From Steroidobacteraceae bacterium (GTDB lineage Bacteria; Pseudomonadota; Gammaproteobacteria; Steroidobacterales; Steroidobacteraceae), in contig DATHFB010000202.1 of assembly GCA_035318305.1 (NCBI GenBank), forward strand, positions 1 through 39,832: a stretch of DNA of 39,832 bases, given 5' to 3'. A program made the translations under genes and the position numbers. The number at the start of each line of letters is the position of its first letter. Within the stretch, counting starts at the first letter, position 1. The notes beneath the pieces were generated by a model. The model worked only from the letters and a program-made list of their open reading frames with translations, was not told the origin of the DNA and made no database searches. Positions 1 to 8,713 of this stretch are shown here, one piece after another.

Positions 1-1000
1 CAAATGGGCTGCGGTCAACATCCGGCAGATCTCGCCTTCTGAGCGTGCCGTAGTGTTGCGCGCAGGCGCGATCAATCGCGTGCACAACGCCGGCCTGCTG
101 CTCGCCTGGCCGCTGCCTTTTGAAGAAGTCGTCACGGTGCCCTCCGCAGAAACCATTTTGGAGCGAAAGGTAACTCTCGCCGCCGCGCCTTCGGCCGCAA
201 GCACCCCCGTTTCAATGCCCGCACCTGCCGGCGAGGGGGATGATGAACAAGGGGGGAGTTCAACGCCGAGCTTCACCGAAAGCGGTGATGCCGAGGCGGG
301 GGCCGGGTATCTGTTGACCGGTGATGCCGGCGTGGTCAGCCTGGATATCACGGTGTTTTATGCAGTCAGGAATGCGCGTGACTATGTGCTGCAGTCAACG
401 CACGTCATTCCGGCGCTGGATCGGATCGTCTCGCGCAGCGCCGTGTCGGTGTGCGCCGCCCGCGACTTGGACACCATCCTGGTCGCGCGACCGGAACTGC
501 TTAACTCCGATGCGGGGATGGCCGATCAGCGCGAGCGTCTGCGAAGTGATTTGGTGCGCACCATCAACCGTGCACTCGAAGTCCTGACCCGCGATGGGGC
601 GGGCCTTGGCATCGAGATAGTACGAGTGGATGTGCAGTCGAAATTGCCGATCGATGCCGTGAGTGCCTTTGAGGAGGTCCTCACTGCGACGCAAACTGCC
701 GATCAAACCATCGCGGCCGCCCGCACCGACGCGGCTTATACAGCCCAGAGAGGCAACCAGGCCGCGGATCGCACGCTGCAACTGGCCGAAGCGCAGGCCT
801 CGGAACGGCTAGCCAAAGCACGCAGCGACACCGTGGCTATCCTGCAGCTCGAGAAGTCGCTGAAGGATCACACCGAACCCGGACTGATGACGCGCATTTA
901 TCGCGAACGCATCCATGCGGTGATATCAAAGGCGGGGTCGACCACCCTGGTGAACCCTAAGGATGATTCGCGCTTGATCGTTGATGGAGCCAAGAAATGA
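1..1000 (+). CDS. SPFH/band-7 (HflK/HflC-like) membrane protein, 5' end outside the window
   Basis: The frame is open from nt 2 (KWAAVNIRQISPSERAVVLR precedes the tracked GTG at 53). It has an SPFH-like core (VVSLDITVFYAVRNARDYV, GIEIVRVDVQS) and an Ala/Gln-rich coiled tail. A low-complexity Pro/Ala/Gly/Asp insert interrupts the core. The stop at 998-1000 overlaps the next ATG (ATGA). Confidence 0.6.
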   Translation, partial: KWAAVNIRQISPSERAVVLRAGAINRVHNAGLLLAWPLPFEEVVTVPSAETILERKVTLAAAPSAASTPVSMPAPAGEGDDEQGGSSTPSFTESGDAEAGAGYLLTGDAGVVSLDITVFYAVRNARDYVLQSTHVIPALDRIVSRSAVSVCAARDLDTILVARPELLNSDAGMADQRERLRSDLVRTINRALEVLTRDGAGLGIEIVRVDVQSKLPIDAVSAFEEVLTATQTADQTIAAARTDAAYTAQRGNQAADRTLQLAEAQASERLAKARSDTVAILQLEKSLKDHTEPGLMTRIYRERIHAVISKAGSTTLVNPKDDSRLIVDGAKK

Positions 1001-2904
1001 ACGCCGCAAATCCTGCCGTTGCCTCGGTTGCCGCGCTGAGCCGCGAAGAGAAACAAGAGGCCGCCCAACTCCTGATCTTGGCGATGGTCGCATTGGGGTT
1101 GTTTGCCCTTGGTCTCGCGTGGCGATTTTTCAATCCCGCGCAAGAGGGCATAAGCCAGGTGCTCTTGGGCAGCGCGGCGTTGATTGTGGCTGTGCCGGTG
1201 CTCAGAGCGGGCTGGCACAGCTTGCGCCACCCGGATTTGCACGGCGTGACGGATTTGCTGATTGCCATTGCCATGCTCGGTGCGTGGGCATTGGGGGACT
1301 TGATGACCGCGGTACTCTTGCCCGTGATCATGATCTTTGGCCATGTGCTCGAGGAGCGCAGCGTCATCGGCTCGCAGGAAGCCATCGGTGCCCTCGGGCG
1401 CCTGACGCACAGTCGAGCTCGATTGCGCTCCGCCGATGGCACCTTCATCGAGGTGGACAACGCAACGCTTCGCGCGGGGGATTTGGTTGAGGTGCGCGCA
1501 GGCGATCGAGTGCCGGCCGATGGCCGAGTGCTTGAAGGCCGAGCGAGCGTGGATACCGCATCAATCACCGGGGAATCCGTGCCGCTGGAAGTCTTTACAG
1601 GCATGGACGTGTACGGTGGAACCATCAATCTTGACGGCGTGTTGCTGCTCGAGGTGACGCGAACTGGCGGCGAATCAACGCTCGGCCGCGTGATTGCACT
1701 CATGCAGCGTGCGGAGCGTTCGAAGCCGCCCATCACCCGCTGGCTGGAACGCTACGCCCTTCAATATTTGATTCTGGTGCTGTTGATCGCCGCCATGACT
1801 TGGTTTTTGACCAACAGCGCGCAAGCCATGCTCGCCGTGCTGGTCGCCGCCTGTCCCTGTGCGCTCGCGCTGGCAGCTCCCGCGACAGCGATCGCCGGGA
1901 TCGCTGTCGCCGCACGGCACGGGATTTTAATTCGAGGCTCGGCGTTTCTCGAGGAACTCTCCGACACGACCGCTTTGATCATCGACAAGACCGGCACGCT
2001 CACGCAGGGCGTGCTGCATTTGCAAGAGGTCAAGCTCTACCACAAGAGCGATTCGAGCAGCGTGCATCGACTCGCCGGCAGTTTGGGCGCGGCCAGCTCC
2101 CATCCGGTAAGCCGCGCACTTGCCGGCATCGTCGACATTAAGGAGCGCATCGCACTCGAGAATATCCGCGAGCGCCCGGGCCTAGGGGTGGTGGCTGATT
2201 CGATGCACGGGCAGGCCGTGCTCGGTCGTCCCGAGCTCTTTGAGGAACTCTCTATTCCTGTGCCGGCCGCGCCCGTACATGACGGACCCATCGCGGGCCT
2301 TGCCGCGGGCGGCACTTTCATGGCCTGGCTCTTGCTGTCCGATACGCCGCGGCGCGAGGCCGCCGCCGCCATGACGGACTTGCGCGACCTGGGGTTGGAA
2401 CGCCAGATACTGCTCACCGGTGATCGGGTGAGCGTTGCCGAAGCGTTGGCGAATTCGCTCGGGATCCCGGAGTTTCAGGCGCAGGCCTTGCCGGCCGACA
2501 AACTGAAGCGCGTCATGAAGGAAAGTCGCAGCGGCTTTCGTCCCTTGGTGGTCGGTGACGGCGTGAATGATTCGCTCGCCCTAAAGGCCGGTGCGGTCGG
2601 CGTGGCCATGGGTGCCGGCGGTTCGGACATTGCTTTGGCCTCGGCGGATCTGGTGCTCATCGGCAGTGACTTACGCCGCTTGGGCACCTGTATTCGATTG
2701 AGCCGCCGTTGTCGGCAGACGCTGAACGTGAACGTGATCGTCGGATTGGTGTGGACCTTGGCGATTGTCGCGGCCGCGGGCACGGGTCTCCTGGGAAGAG
2801 AAGGCGCGCTCGTCGCGGCGATCCTGCACAATGCGAGCACGCTGTTGGTATTGGCCAATGCGGGACGACTGCTGCGTTTTCATGAGCATCTGCCGCGCCT
2901 ATAG
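997..2904 (+). CDS. Heavy-metal P1B-type ATPase, short form without a cytosolic N-terminal metal-binding domain; substrate not assignable
   Basis: 635 aa. Motifs present: DKTGTLT, ITGESVP actuator, GDGVNDSLAL hinge, membrane CPC (VAACPCALALAAP). There are four hydrophobic helices before the actuator domain and no GMxCxxC domain. ATGA overlap with the upstream gene. Confidence 0.9.
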   Translation: MNAANPAVASVAALSREEKQEAAQLLILAMVALGLFALGLAWRFFNPAQEGISQVLLGSAALIVAVPVLRAGWHSLRHPDLHGVTDLLIAIAMLGAWALGDLMTAVLLPVIMIFGHVLEERSVIGSQEAIGALGRLTHSRARLRSADGTFIEVDNATLRAGDLVEVRAGDRVPADGRVLEGRASVDTASITGESVPLEVFTGMDVYGGTINLDGVLLLEVTRTGGESTLGRVIALMQRAERSKPPITRWLERYALQYLILVLLIAAMTWFLTNSAQAMLAVLVAACPCALALAAPATAIAGIAVAARHGILIRGSAFLEELSDTTALIIDKTGTLTQGVLHLQEVKLYHKSDSSSVHRLAGSLGAASSHPVSRALAGIVDIKERIALENIRERPGLGVVADSMHGQAVLGRPELFEELSIPVPAAPVHDGPIAGLAAGGTFMAWLLLSDTPRREAAAAMTDLRDLGLERQILLTGDRVSVAEALANSLGIPEFQAQALPADKLKRVMKESRSGFRPLVVGDGVNDSLALKAGAVGVAMGAGGSDIALASADLVLIGSDLRRLGTCIRLSRRCRQTLNVNVIVGLVWTLAIVAAAGTGLLGREGALVAAILHNASTLLVLANAGRLLRFHEHLPRL

Positions 2905-3201
2905 CGTCGGACTTCGCCGGACGCGACGATCGTGCGCTCCTCCGCAGGACTTTAGCGCCAGGCAGCGCTTGATATCCCGACTGGTTAGGTGAAAGGCTGC
3001 GCCCTTCGTCAATCGGCCGCGCGAAATCTTCGCCGCCGCCGCGGTCTGGAAAGCGTCGAGATTCGAGGCGAAGTACTGTTGGCAGGTCTCGGCCGATAGA
3101 GATGCTCCAACCAAAGTCTCGAAGGCGCGTCGATGCACGACGCAAAGCCCCTCATGGTCAACCGGTCGGAACGTGAACGAGTCGATGTCGATTCGCCACA
3201 C
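2899..3201 (-). CDS. Small DUF1488-like protein (tentative), last gene of the cobW-cbtBA transcription unit
   Basis: 100-codon ORF with a GTG start 10 nt after the cbtA stop, preceded by GGGACGG. The pattern FTFRPVDHEGLCVVHRRAFETLVG...AAAAKI...FHLTSRDI resembles DUF1488 proteins from memory. Its 3' end overlaps the convergent ATPase stop by 6 nt. Confidence 0.4.
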   Translation of the reverse strand: MWRIDIDSFTFRPVDHEGLCVVHRRAFETLVGASLSAETCQQYFASNLDAFQTAAAAKISRGRLTKGAAFHLTSRDIKRCLALKSCGGAHDRRVRRSPTL

Positions 3202-3211
3202 TCACCGTCCC

Positions 3212-3922
3212 CTAGGATGAGAGTTCGGCTTTGGCCAGAAAGATCTTCTGATAGGCCCACGCCGAGGTCCAACCCAGCGAAAGCCAGAACAGAATACTGC
3301 AAACGGTCGTGGCGACGACGAACTGGCTCTGCAGAGCCGCTGGTGCCAAGGCGCCTTCGACGGCTGGCTGCGGCGCGGCGATCAGGTGGGGCACAATCAA
3401 CAGCGCGACTCCGACGGCACGCAGCCACCAACGCGATTGCATAAAGAGGAGTGCTAAACCCGCGGCAGCGGCGATTGCCGTGCCGACCCACCAATACTGA
3501 CGTGAGGCCAGCGCCGCGGCTGCAGTGCCCGGCAATTCCGGGGAAAGACCCAGGCCAGGGGCCGCGAAGAACACAAGAAATCCGGCCAGTCCGTACAGTA
3601 GTCCGTAGGCAGTATTCGTAGGGTGACGCCACCACGTATAGACTGCTATGAGTAAGAACGCATACCCGATGCCCATCAAAGTCGTGGCAGCAAAGGTGAA
3701 CAACATCCGTGGCCAGCCATCTTGCGGTTTCCACGCGTCGGCATCGTGATGATGCTCGGTGGCCGCGGTGGCATGAGTCGGGGACGTGGTCGCCTCAGCG
3801 GCGTCCTCGTAGGTTTCCGCCTGTAGAATCAGCGGCGTCACCCAAATCGACTGAACCGCGGTCATCACGAGCGCTGCCGCCAGGCCGGCGACGACGGCCG
3901 TCAGGACCATTTCTCGAAACAC
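3212..3922 (-). CDS. cbtA: Cobalt transporter subunit CbtA
   Basis: 236 aa, multi-TM, with a His-rich loop (ATEHHHDADAWKPQDGW) after TM1 as in CbtA. It lies immediately downstream of cbtB. Confidence 0.85.
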   Translation of the reverse strand: MFREMVLTAVVAGLAAALVMTAVQSIWVTPLILQAETYEDAAEATTSPTHATAATEHHHDADAWKPQDGWPRMLFTFAATTLMGIGYAFLLIAVYTWWRHPTNTAYGLLYGLAGFLVFFAAPGLGLSPELPGTAAAALASRQYWWVGTAIAAAAGLALLFMQSRWWLRAVGVALLIVPHLIAAPQPAVEGALAPAALQSQFVVATTVCSILFWLSLGWTSAWAYQKIFLAKAELSS

Positions 3923-3932
3923 GACGGGCTCT

Positions 3933-4115
3933 TCAGTGGCAGGGAAATGCGGCCGTATGTCGCGTGTCGTGAGCCGCGTTGTGTACGGCGGACATCGGTG
4001 CGAACCCCACCAAGAAAATAAGGGCCGTGCCCGCGAGGGCCGAACTTAAACCAAGCATCGCCCGGTCATTGGCCAGGGGCCTGACTTGCTCCGCGGCTAC
4101 CGTTTTTGTGGTCAT
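3933..4115 (-). CDS. cbtB: Cobalt transporter subunit CbtB
   Basis: 60 aa with a single TM. The C-terminal signature HNAAHDTRHTAAFPCH is characteristic of CbtB. Confidence 0.85.
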   Translation of the reverse strand: MTTKTVAAEQVRPLANDRAMLGLSSALAGTALIFLVGFAPMSAVHNAAHDTRHTAAFPCH

Positions 4116-4257
4116 AGCGTCTCCGACTTCATTTGTATCGCGGCATCATTCGCATTGGGCACAAGAATAACAGTTGCCGACATCCGGCAACAATCCAGAG
4201 TTCGGGTGCAAAGCCACTCGCCGGGGGCGAAGCGCATCAGGCGTACCCCGAAAGTTC

Positions 4258-5622
4258 TCACGCTGCCTCCAGGCAGGCGTCAAATCCCTGTCGAAGCAGC
4301 GGCTGATCAAGTTCTCTGCCGATAAAAACGAGTTGCGTGCGGCGTAGACGATCGCCCCACGGCCCCAGCGTACTGGTATCAACGACCATGTGCACGCCTT
4401 GAATGACGAGGCGTTCCTCGGCGCCTTGGAAATTCAGAAATCCCTTTAGGCGGTACAACTGAGTTCCCTGTGTTTGCAATGTGTGGCTAAGCCACGTTTG
4501 GAATCGCTCAGGATTGATAGGCCGGGTGGTTTCAATACTAAATGAACTAACCCGATCGTCGTGTGAGTGACCGGGATCAAAGCTCTTGTTGACTCTTGGC
4601 TCTTGCAGCACATTGCGGGGGTCGCGCAGCTCGAGTGCAAATTCCTCCGGCAAATGCTGAGTGAGTATCCAGTACGTGCCAGCTTTTCGCACTCGCAGCG
4701 TGAATCGAGCCGGTGCGCCGCTCGGCAGGTCAAGTAGCCGGGCTCGCAACTCAGGTTCAAGAACTGCTCCCGGGGCTGCCGGCGCGAGAGTGTCGGAAAA
4801 TAGCGAGAATGCCCTCTCCGCCACCTTGTCCGGATCGAGCTCGTCGCGGCTCAGGACTTCGCAAACGAGAATTTTCATGACGGGATCCGGGCCCTCGTGC
4901 AGGATCAACGAGTGGTCGCCCGCTGCCAATTCAAAGGCGCCGGCCCATTCAAAAGGATATTCGGGCTCCAAAAACGTGGGCTTGTATTCCAACGCGCGGG
5001 AGAGATCGAAGCCGCCGATGCCGAGAACGTCGCTCATCGGGACGGAGGCACGGCGCGCGGGATCGGCGCGCACGATTCGCGCCAAGGCGTTGATGGCGCG
5101 CACCCGCCGTTCTAATGCGTCAAGATCTACCCCACTCACCAGATCGGTCTTGTTCAAGACGATGACGTCCGCAAATGCGACTTGCGTGCGGGTCTCCTCG
5201 CTGTCTTCTAGCTGCTGATTGAAGTGCCGCGCATCGACCATCGTAACTATTCCATCCAAGGCGAATTCCGCGCGCATTCCATCATCGACAAAAAACGTTT
5301 GTGCAACAGGTCCCGGGTTGGCGAGGCCGGTGGTTTCCAGGACGATGCGATCGAACTTGTCCCTTCGCGTCATGAGATTGCCGAGAATGCGAATCAGGTC
5401 TCCGCGCACGGTGCAGCAGATGCACCCGTTGTTCATCTCAAAGATCTCTTCCTCGGCGTTGATGACAAGTTCCTGATCGACCCCAATCTCGCCGAATTCG
5501 TTTTCGATCACGGCGATGCGTTGGCCGTGATTCTCCGACAGGATGCGATTCAGGAGCGTGGTCTTGCCGGAGCCTAAAAAGCCCGTCAGCACGGTTACAG
5601 GAATTCGGCTCGCCTCACTCAC
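4258..5622 (-). CDS. cobW: CobW / COG0523 G3E-family metallochaperone GTPase with a large internal insertion
   Basis: P-loop [17 protein letters not shown], metal-binding CICCT, NKTD, and a CobW_C-like tail ([18 protein letters not shown]...YRLKGFL). The GTG at 5622 sits 8 nt after GGAGG. The tracked ORF start at 5685 is the alternative. Confidence 0.85.
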   Translation of the reverse strand: MSEASRIPVTVLTGFLGSGKTTLLNRILSENHGQRIAVIENEFGEIGVDQELVINAEEEIFEMNNGCICCTVRGDLIRILGNLMTRRDKFDRIVLETTGLANPGPVAQTFFVDDGMRAEFALDGIVTMVDARHFNQQLEDSEETRTQVAFADVIVLNKTDLVSGVDLDALERRVRAINALARIVRADPARRASVPMSDVLGIGGFDLSRALEYKPTFLEPEYPFEWAGAFELAAGDHSLILHEGPDPVMKILVCEVLSRDELDPDKVAERAFSLFSDTLAPAAPGAVLEPELRARLLDLPSGAPARFTLRVRKAGTYWILTQHLPEEFALELRDPRNVLQEPRVNKSFDPGHSHDDRVSSFSIETTRPINPERFQTWLSHTLQTQGTQLYRLKGFLNFQGAEERLVIQGVHMVVDTSTLGPWGDRLRRTQLVFIGRELDQPLLRQGFDACLEAA

Positions 5623-5805
5623 GCCTGACACCTCCCACGATCGCCACGGGCGAACGCACGCAAAATCGCTGCGAACAGTGCGCAAGGACAGAGGAAGGGG
5701 AATCGCCTGAAGGATACAGCGGTAGTCGGGCTCTCATGCCGACCGCACCGATCAAAATCCTAAGCAACGCACCGATCGCCCACCGCGATGTTCGCTAGTC
5801 TTCAA

Positions 5806-6010
5806 GTGTCAGGCCGGTCTCCGGACTCACGAGCGCATGAGAGTCATGCTGGCGAATCACCTTCCCACGTCGATGGACGCAGTGGCTTGTCGATTCGCCG
5901 TCGCTCGTTTACCGTTGCGGGGGCAGCGCCGGGTTTGGTTCTAGTTAAGCGACTAAAACACGCACCGGCTTCCCGTTTCACTCGCCTTCGCTTTCGAACA
6001 CCGAAAGCTC
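5806..6010 (-). promoter_or_regulatory. Cobalamin (B12) riboswitch, leader of cobW-cbtB-cbtA
   Basis: Read on the minus strand: GTGAAACGGGAAGCCGGTGCG ... GCTGCCCCCGCAACGGTAAAC ... GCCACTG...GGGAAGG ... B12 box AGTCCGGAGACCGGCC (plus-strand 5812-5827). It is preceded by a 7-bp hairpin. Confidence 0.9.
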
Positions 6011-6145
6011 CAGCAAAGCACCTCACAACTTCGGGGAAGATGCTAACTGCCGCGAATGCGATTAGCAAGCTGCAAAGGCCGGTCGATTCATGCAAGCGTC
6101 TGATAAATTAGGACATAACGGTTCCGGCGGAGTGAGTTCTCGTCC

Positions 6146-7600
6146 ATGAAGGCCTTGTCGATTCTTGGGTCTGGCTCCGGCGCGGGCAAAAGCTGGATCA
6201 CAACCGCGCTGGGTGCTTGGCTGCATGGCCAAGGCATCCGGGTCGCTCCCTTCAAAGCCCAGAACATGTCCAACAATGCGTGGGTCACCTTGGATGGGGG
6301 CGAAATCGGGCGCGCGCAGGCGGTCCAAGCCGAGGCTTGTGGGCTTACGCCCACCGTCGAGATGAATCCTATTTTGCTCAAGCCGAGCGGCGCACTGGGA
6401 TCACAAGTCATCGTGTTAGGACAACCGCAAGGTCATTGCCCGGCGGCCGAGTACTACCAGCACTTTGATCGACTCTGGCAGACCGTGAGGGACGTTCTCG
6501 ACGGCTGGCAGGAGCGATGTGACGTACTGCTGATGGAGGGCGCCGGCAGTCCCGTGGAACTCAATTTATTGCACCGCGACCTCGTGAATCTACGGCCCTG
6601 CCAATACTTGAATGGTCGTTGGGTATTTGTCGGGGATATTGACCGAGGCGGCATATTCGCCCAACTCGCTGGTGTGTGGAGTCTGTTATCGCCCGCCGAC
6701 CGCGAGAGGGGGCTGGGCGCCATCGTCAATCGCTTTCGCGGCGATCTGTCGCTGTTTGCGAATCCACAACAGTGGCTCGAACCGCACGCCCCCGGCTTTT
6801 CGATACTGGGCACCCTGCCCTTCAGAACCGATCTGCAACCCGAGGAGGAAGATGGGTTATCGAACGACGATCGAGTTCGAGGCACGGGAGATGTCATGGC
6901 CTGGGTGCGCTTCCCACATCTCTCGAATCTCACCGACTGCCAGCCCTGGTGGGACGATGAAGGCGTTCAGGTTCGGTGGGCGACGACGGCGCGTGAGCTG
7001 CTGGACGCGCACGTCATCGTGCTGCCCGGAACCAAGAATACGCTGGCAGACTTGCGTTGGCTGCGCACGAACGGATTGGCGGAAGCCATTATCGCGGCAT
7101 ACCAGCGCGGCGCACTCATCATCGGCGTCTGTGGCGGCTTTCAAATGCTTGGCGAGTCCCTGAGTGATGACACGGGACTCGCCGGTGACGCGGGGACCGA
7201 CCGAGGATTGGGCCTGCTGCCGGCCGAGACGCGGTATAGCGCGTCGAAGACTTTGCGTCAGGTGACGGCGAGCTGCGGCGAGAGCGAGTGGCGAGCGTAC
7301 GAGATCCATATGGGTGCCACGCGGGCGCTCACTCCCGTCGAGCCGCTTCATCGGGTGCGCGATGAACATGGAGAGCGTCCCGAAGGTATGCGTCTCGCAA
7401 AGGTGTGGGGCACCTACCTGCACGGCTGGTTTGAATCGCCGGCATTGCGTGCCCAGGTCGCCGCCGTCGCCGGCATGAGTGGCCACCGTCCCCATCCCGT
7501 TCCGTGGGGCCAACAGCGCATCGCCACTTATCGCGCCATGGCGGAACACCTCGCCGCACACGTGAATTTGGATCCCGTCAGGCGCTACCTGTGTCTCTGA
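6146..7600 (+). CDS. cobQ: Cobyric acid synthase
   Basis: 484 aa. N-terminal P-loop GSGSGAGKSW and C-terminal glutamine amidotransferase GVCGGFQMLG ... YLHGWF. Confidence 0.9.
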   Translation: MKALSILGSGSGAGKSWITTALGAWLHGQGIRVAPFKAQNMSNNAWVTLDGGEIGRAQAVQAEACGLTPTVEMNPILLKPSGALGSQVIVLGQPQGHCPAAEYYQHFDRLWQTVRDVLDGWQERCDVLLMEGAGSPVELNLLHRDLVNLRPCQYLNGRWVFVGDIDRGGIFAQLAGVWSLLSPADRERGLGAIVNRFRGDLSLFANPQQWLEPHAPGFSILGTLPFRTDLQPEEEDGLSNDDRVRGTGDVMAWVRFPHLSNLTDCQPWWDDEGVQVRWATTARELLDAHVIVLPGTKNTLADLRWLRTNGLAEAIIAAYQRGALIIGVCGGFQMLGESLSDDTGLAGDAGTDRGLGLLPAETRYSASKTLRQVTASCGESEWRAYEIHMGATRALTPVEPLHRVRDEHGERPEGMRLAKVWGTYLHGWFESPALRAQVAAVAGMSGHRPHPVPWGQQRIATYRAMAEHLAAHVNLDPVRRYLCL

Positions 7601-8181
7601 CGCAAACCAGTGCACTTCCCATCCACGCAGTTGTGCCGCAGCGGATCGTTATCGCCGGCGGCCCAGGATCCGGTAAAAGTACGCTGCTGCAAGCACTGGC
7701 CGGCACGGGTGAGGTCTGTTATGAGGAATGCTCTCGAGTGCTGATACGCGAACAGCTCGCCATCGCCGGCGCGCTCGTTCCGTGGGCCGATCTGTCAGCC
7801 TTCGCGCAGGAATGTAGCAAGCGCATGCGCATACAACTCACCGACAGCGCTCGTCACCAGCGATGCTTTTTTGATCGCGGTCTGCCCGACCTCATCGGCT
7901 ATCTCACCCACGGCGGACACCGTGTGCCCGACGAGTGGCGAGAGGTCTCGCGCGCCTATGCGACGACGGTCTTTTTTGCTCCACCGTGGCGCGAGATTTA
8001 CGTGAACGATGCGGAGCGGCCGCAATCCTTTGCCGAAGGCGCGGAGTTGAGCGTGCGCATCCGATCGGCGTACGAAGACTACGGATTTCGTCTCGTAGAA
8101 CTGATCAAGAGCACCGTCGTCGATCGTCGGCGGCAAGTACTTGACTACCTCGGCACGCATCCAGCACAAGGTCGATCATGA
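7591..8181 (+). CDS. P-loop ATPase/kinase-like protein (AAA_28 / NadR-kinase-like), function unknown
   Basis: Walker A IAGGPGSGKSTLL close to the N-terminus; about 195 aa. The GTG at 7591 overlaps the cobQ stop (alternative GTG at 7633). The stop overlaps the cobU ATG (ATGA). Confidence 0.6.
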   Translation: MSLTQTSALPIHAVVPQRIVIAGGPGSGKSTLLQALAGTGEVCYEECSRVLIREQLAIAGALVPWADLSAFAQECSKRMRIQLTDSARHQRCFFDRGLPDLIGYLTHGGHRVPDEWREVSRAYATTVFFAPPWREIYVNDAERPQSFAEGAELSVRIRSAYEDYGFRLVELIKSTVVDRRRQVLDYLGTHPAQGRS

Positions 8182-8693
8182 GTGAACTCACCTTCATTAC
8201 GGGACCCTCACGCAGCGGCAAGAGCCGGCGTGCCGTCGAGCAAGCCGAGCGATGGGGAGGCGACACCGTATTCGTTGCGACCTATCGCGCTGATGCGAGT
8301 GATTTGGAAATGATGGAGCGCGTGCGTCGACATCGTGCCGAACGGCCCGGGTGGCGCACCCTCGAAGCACCGGCCGATGTCGCTGCCGCTCTCACGACGC
8401 TCTCGCCTCCACCGAGCGGTGTGATTCTCGATTGCCTGACCCTGTGGGCCAGCGCGAGATTCGCCGATAGCGACGAGTCCATTGCGAACGCCTGGAGCGC
8501 GCAGCTATCCGCGTTCAAAGCGGCGCCCTGGCCAATCATCATCGTGAGCAACGAACTGGCGTGGGGCTTGGTCCCCCCGGAGCCGCAGGCGCGCAGATTC
8601 CGGGATCTGGCGGGCACCCTGGCGCAGTTGACCGCGGCGGCGGCAACCGAGGTCTGGCTCATGGTTGCCGGGTGTCCTCTACAATTGAAGTAG
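8178..8693 (+). CDS. cobU: Adenosylcobinamide kinase / adenosylcobinamide-phosphate guanylyltransferase
   Basis: 171 aa with P-loop GPSRSGKS. Size and context are typical of CobU (CobP in P. denitrificans nomenclature). Confidence 0.85.
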   Translation: MSELTFITGPSRSGKSRRAVEQAERWGGDTVFVATYRADASDLEMMERVRRHRAERPGWRTLEAPADVAAALTTLSPPPSGVILDCLTLWASARFADSDESIANAWSAQLSAFKAAPWPIIIVSNELAWGLVPPEPQARRFRDLAGTLAQLTAAAATEVWLMVAGCPLQLK

Positions 8694-8713
8694 GCGAGAA
8701 GGGATCGAAAAAC

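Noticed and set aside
5788-6111. 107-aa plus-strand ORF in the cobW-cobQ intergenic region
   Set aside because: It lies on top of the minus-strand cobalamin riboswitch, whose conserved cores explain the sequence. The ORF has no ribosome-binding site and no protein-like features.
8694-8713. 20-nt gap between the convergent cobU and cobB stops, examined for a bidirectional terminator
   Set aside because: No stable hairpin or T-tract can be drawn there. It is noted only as further evidence of extreme gene packing, not as a feature.
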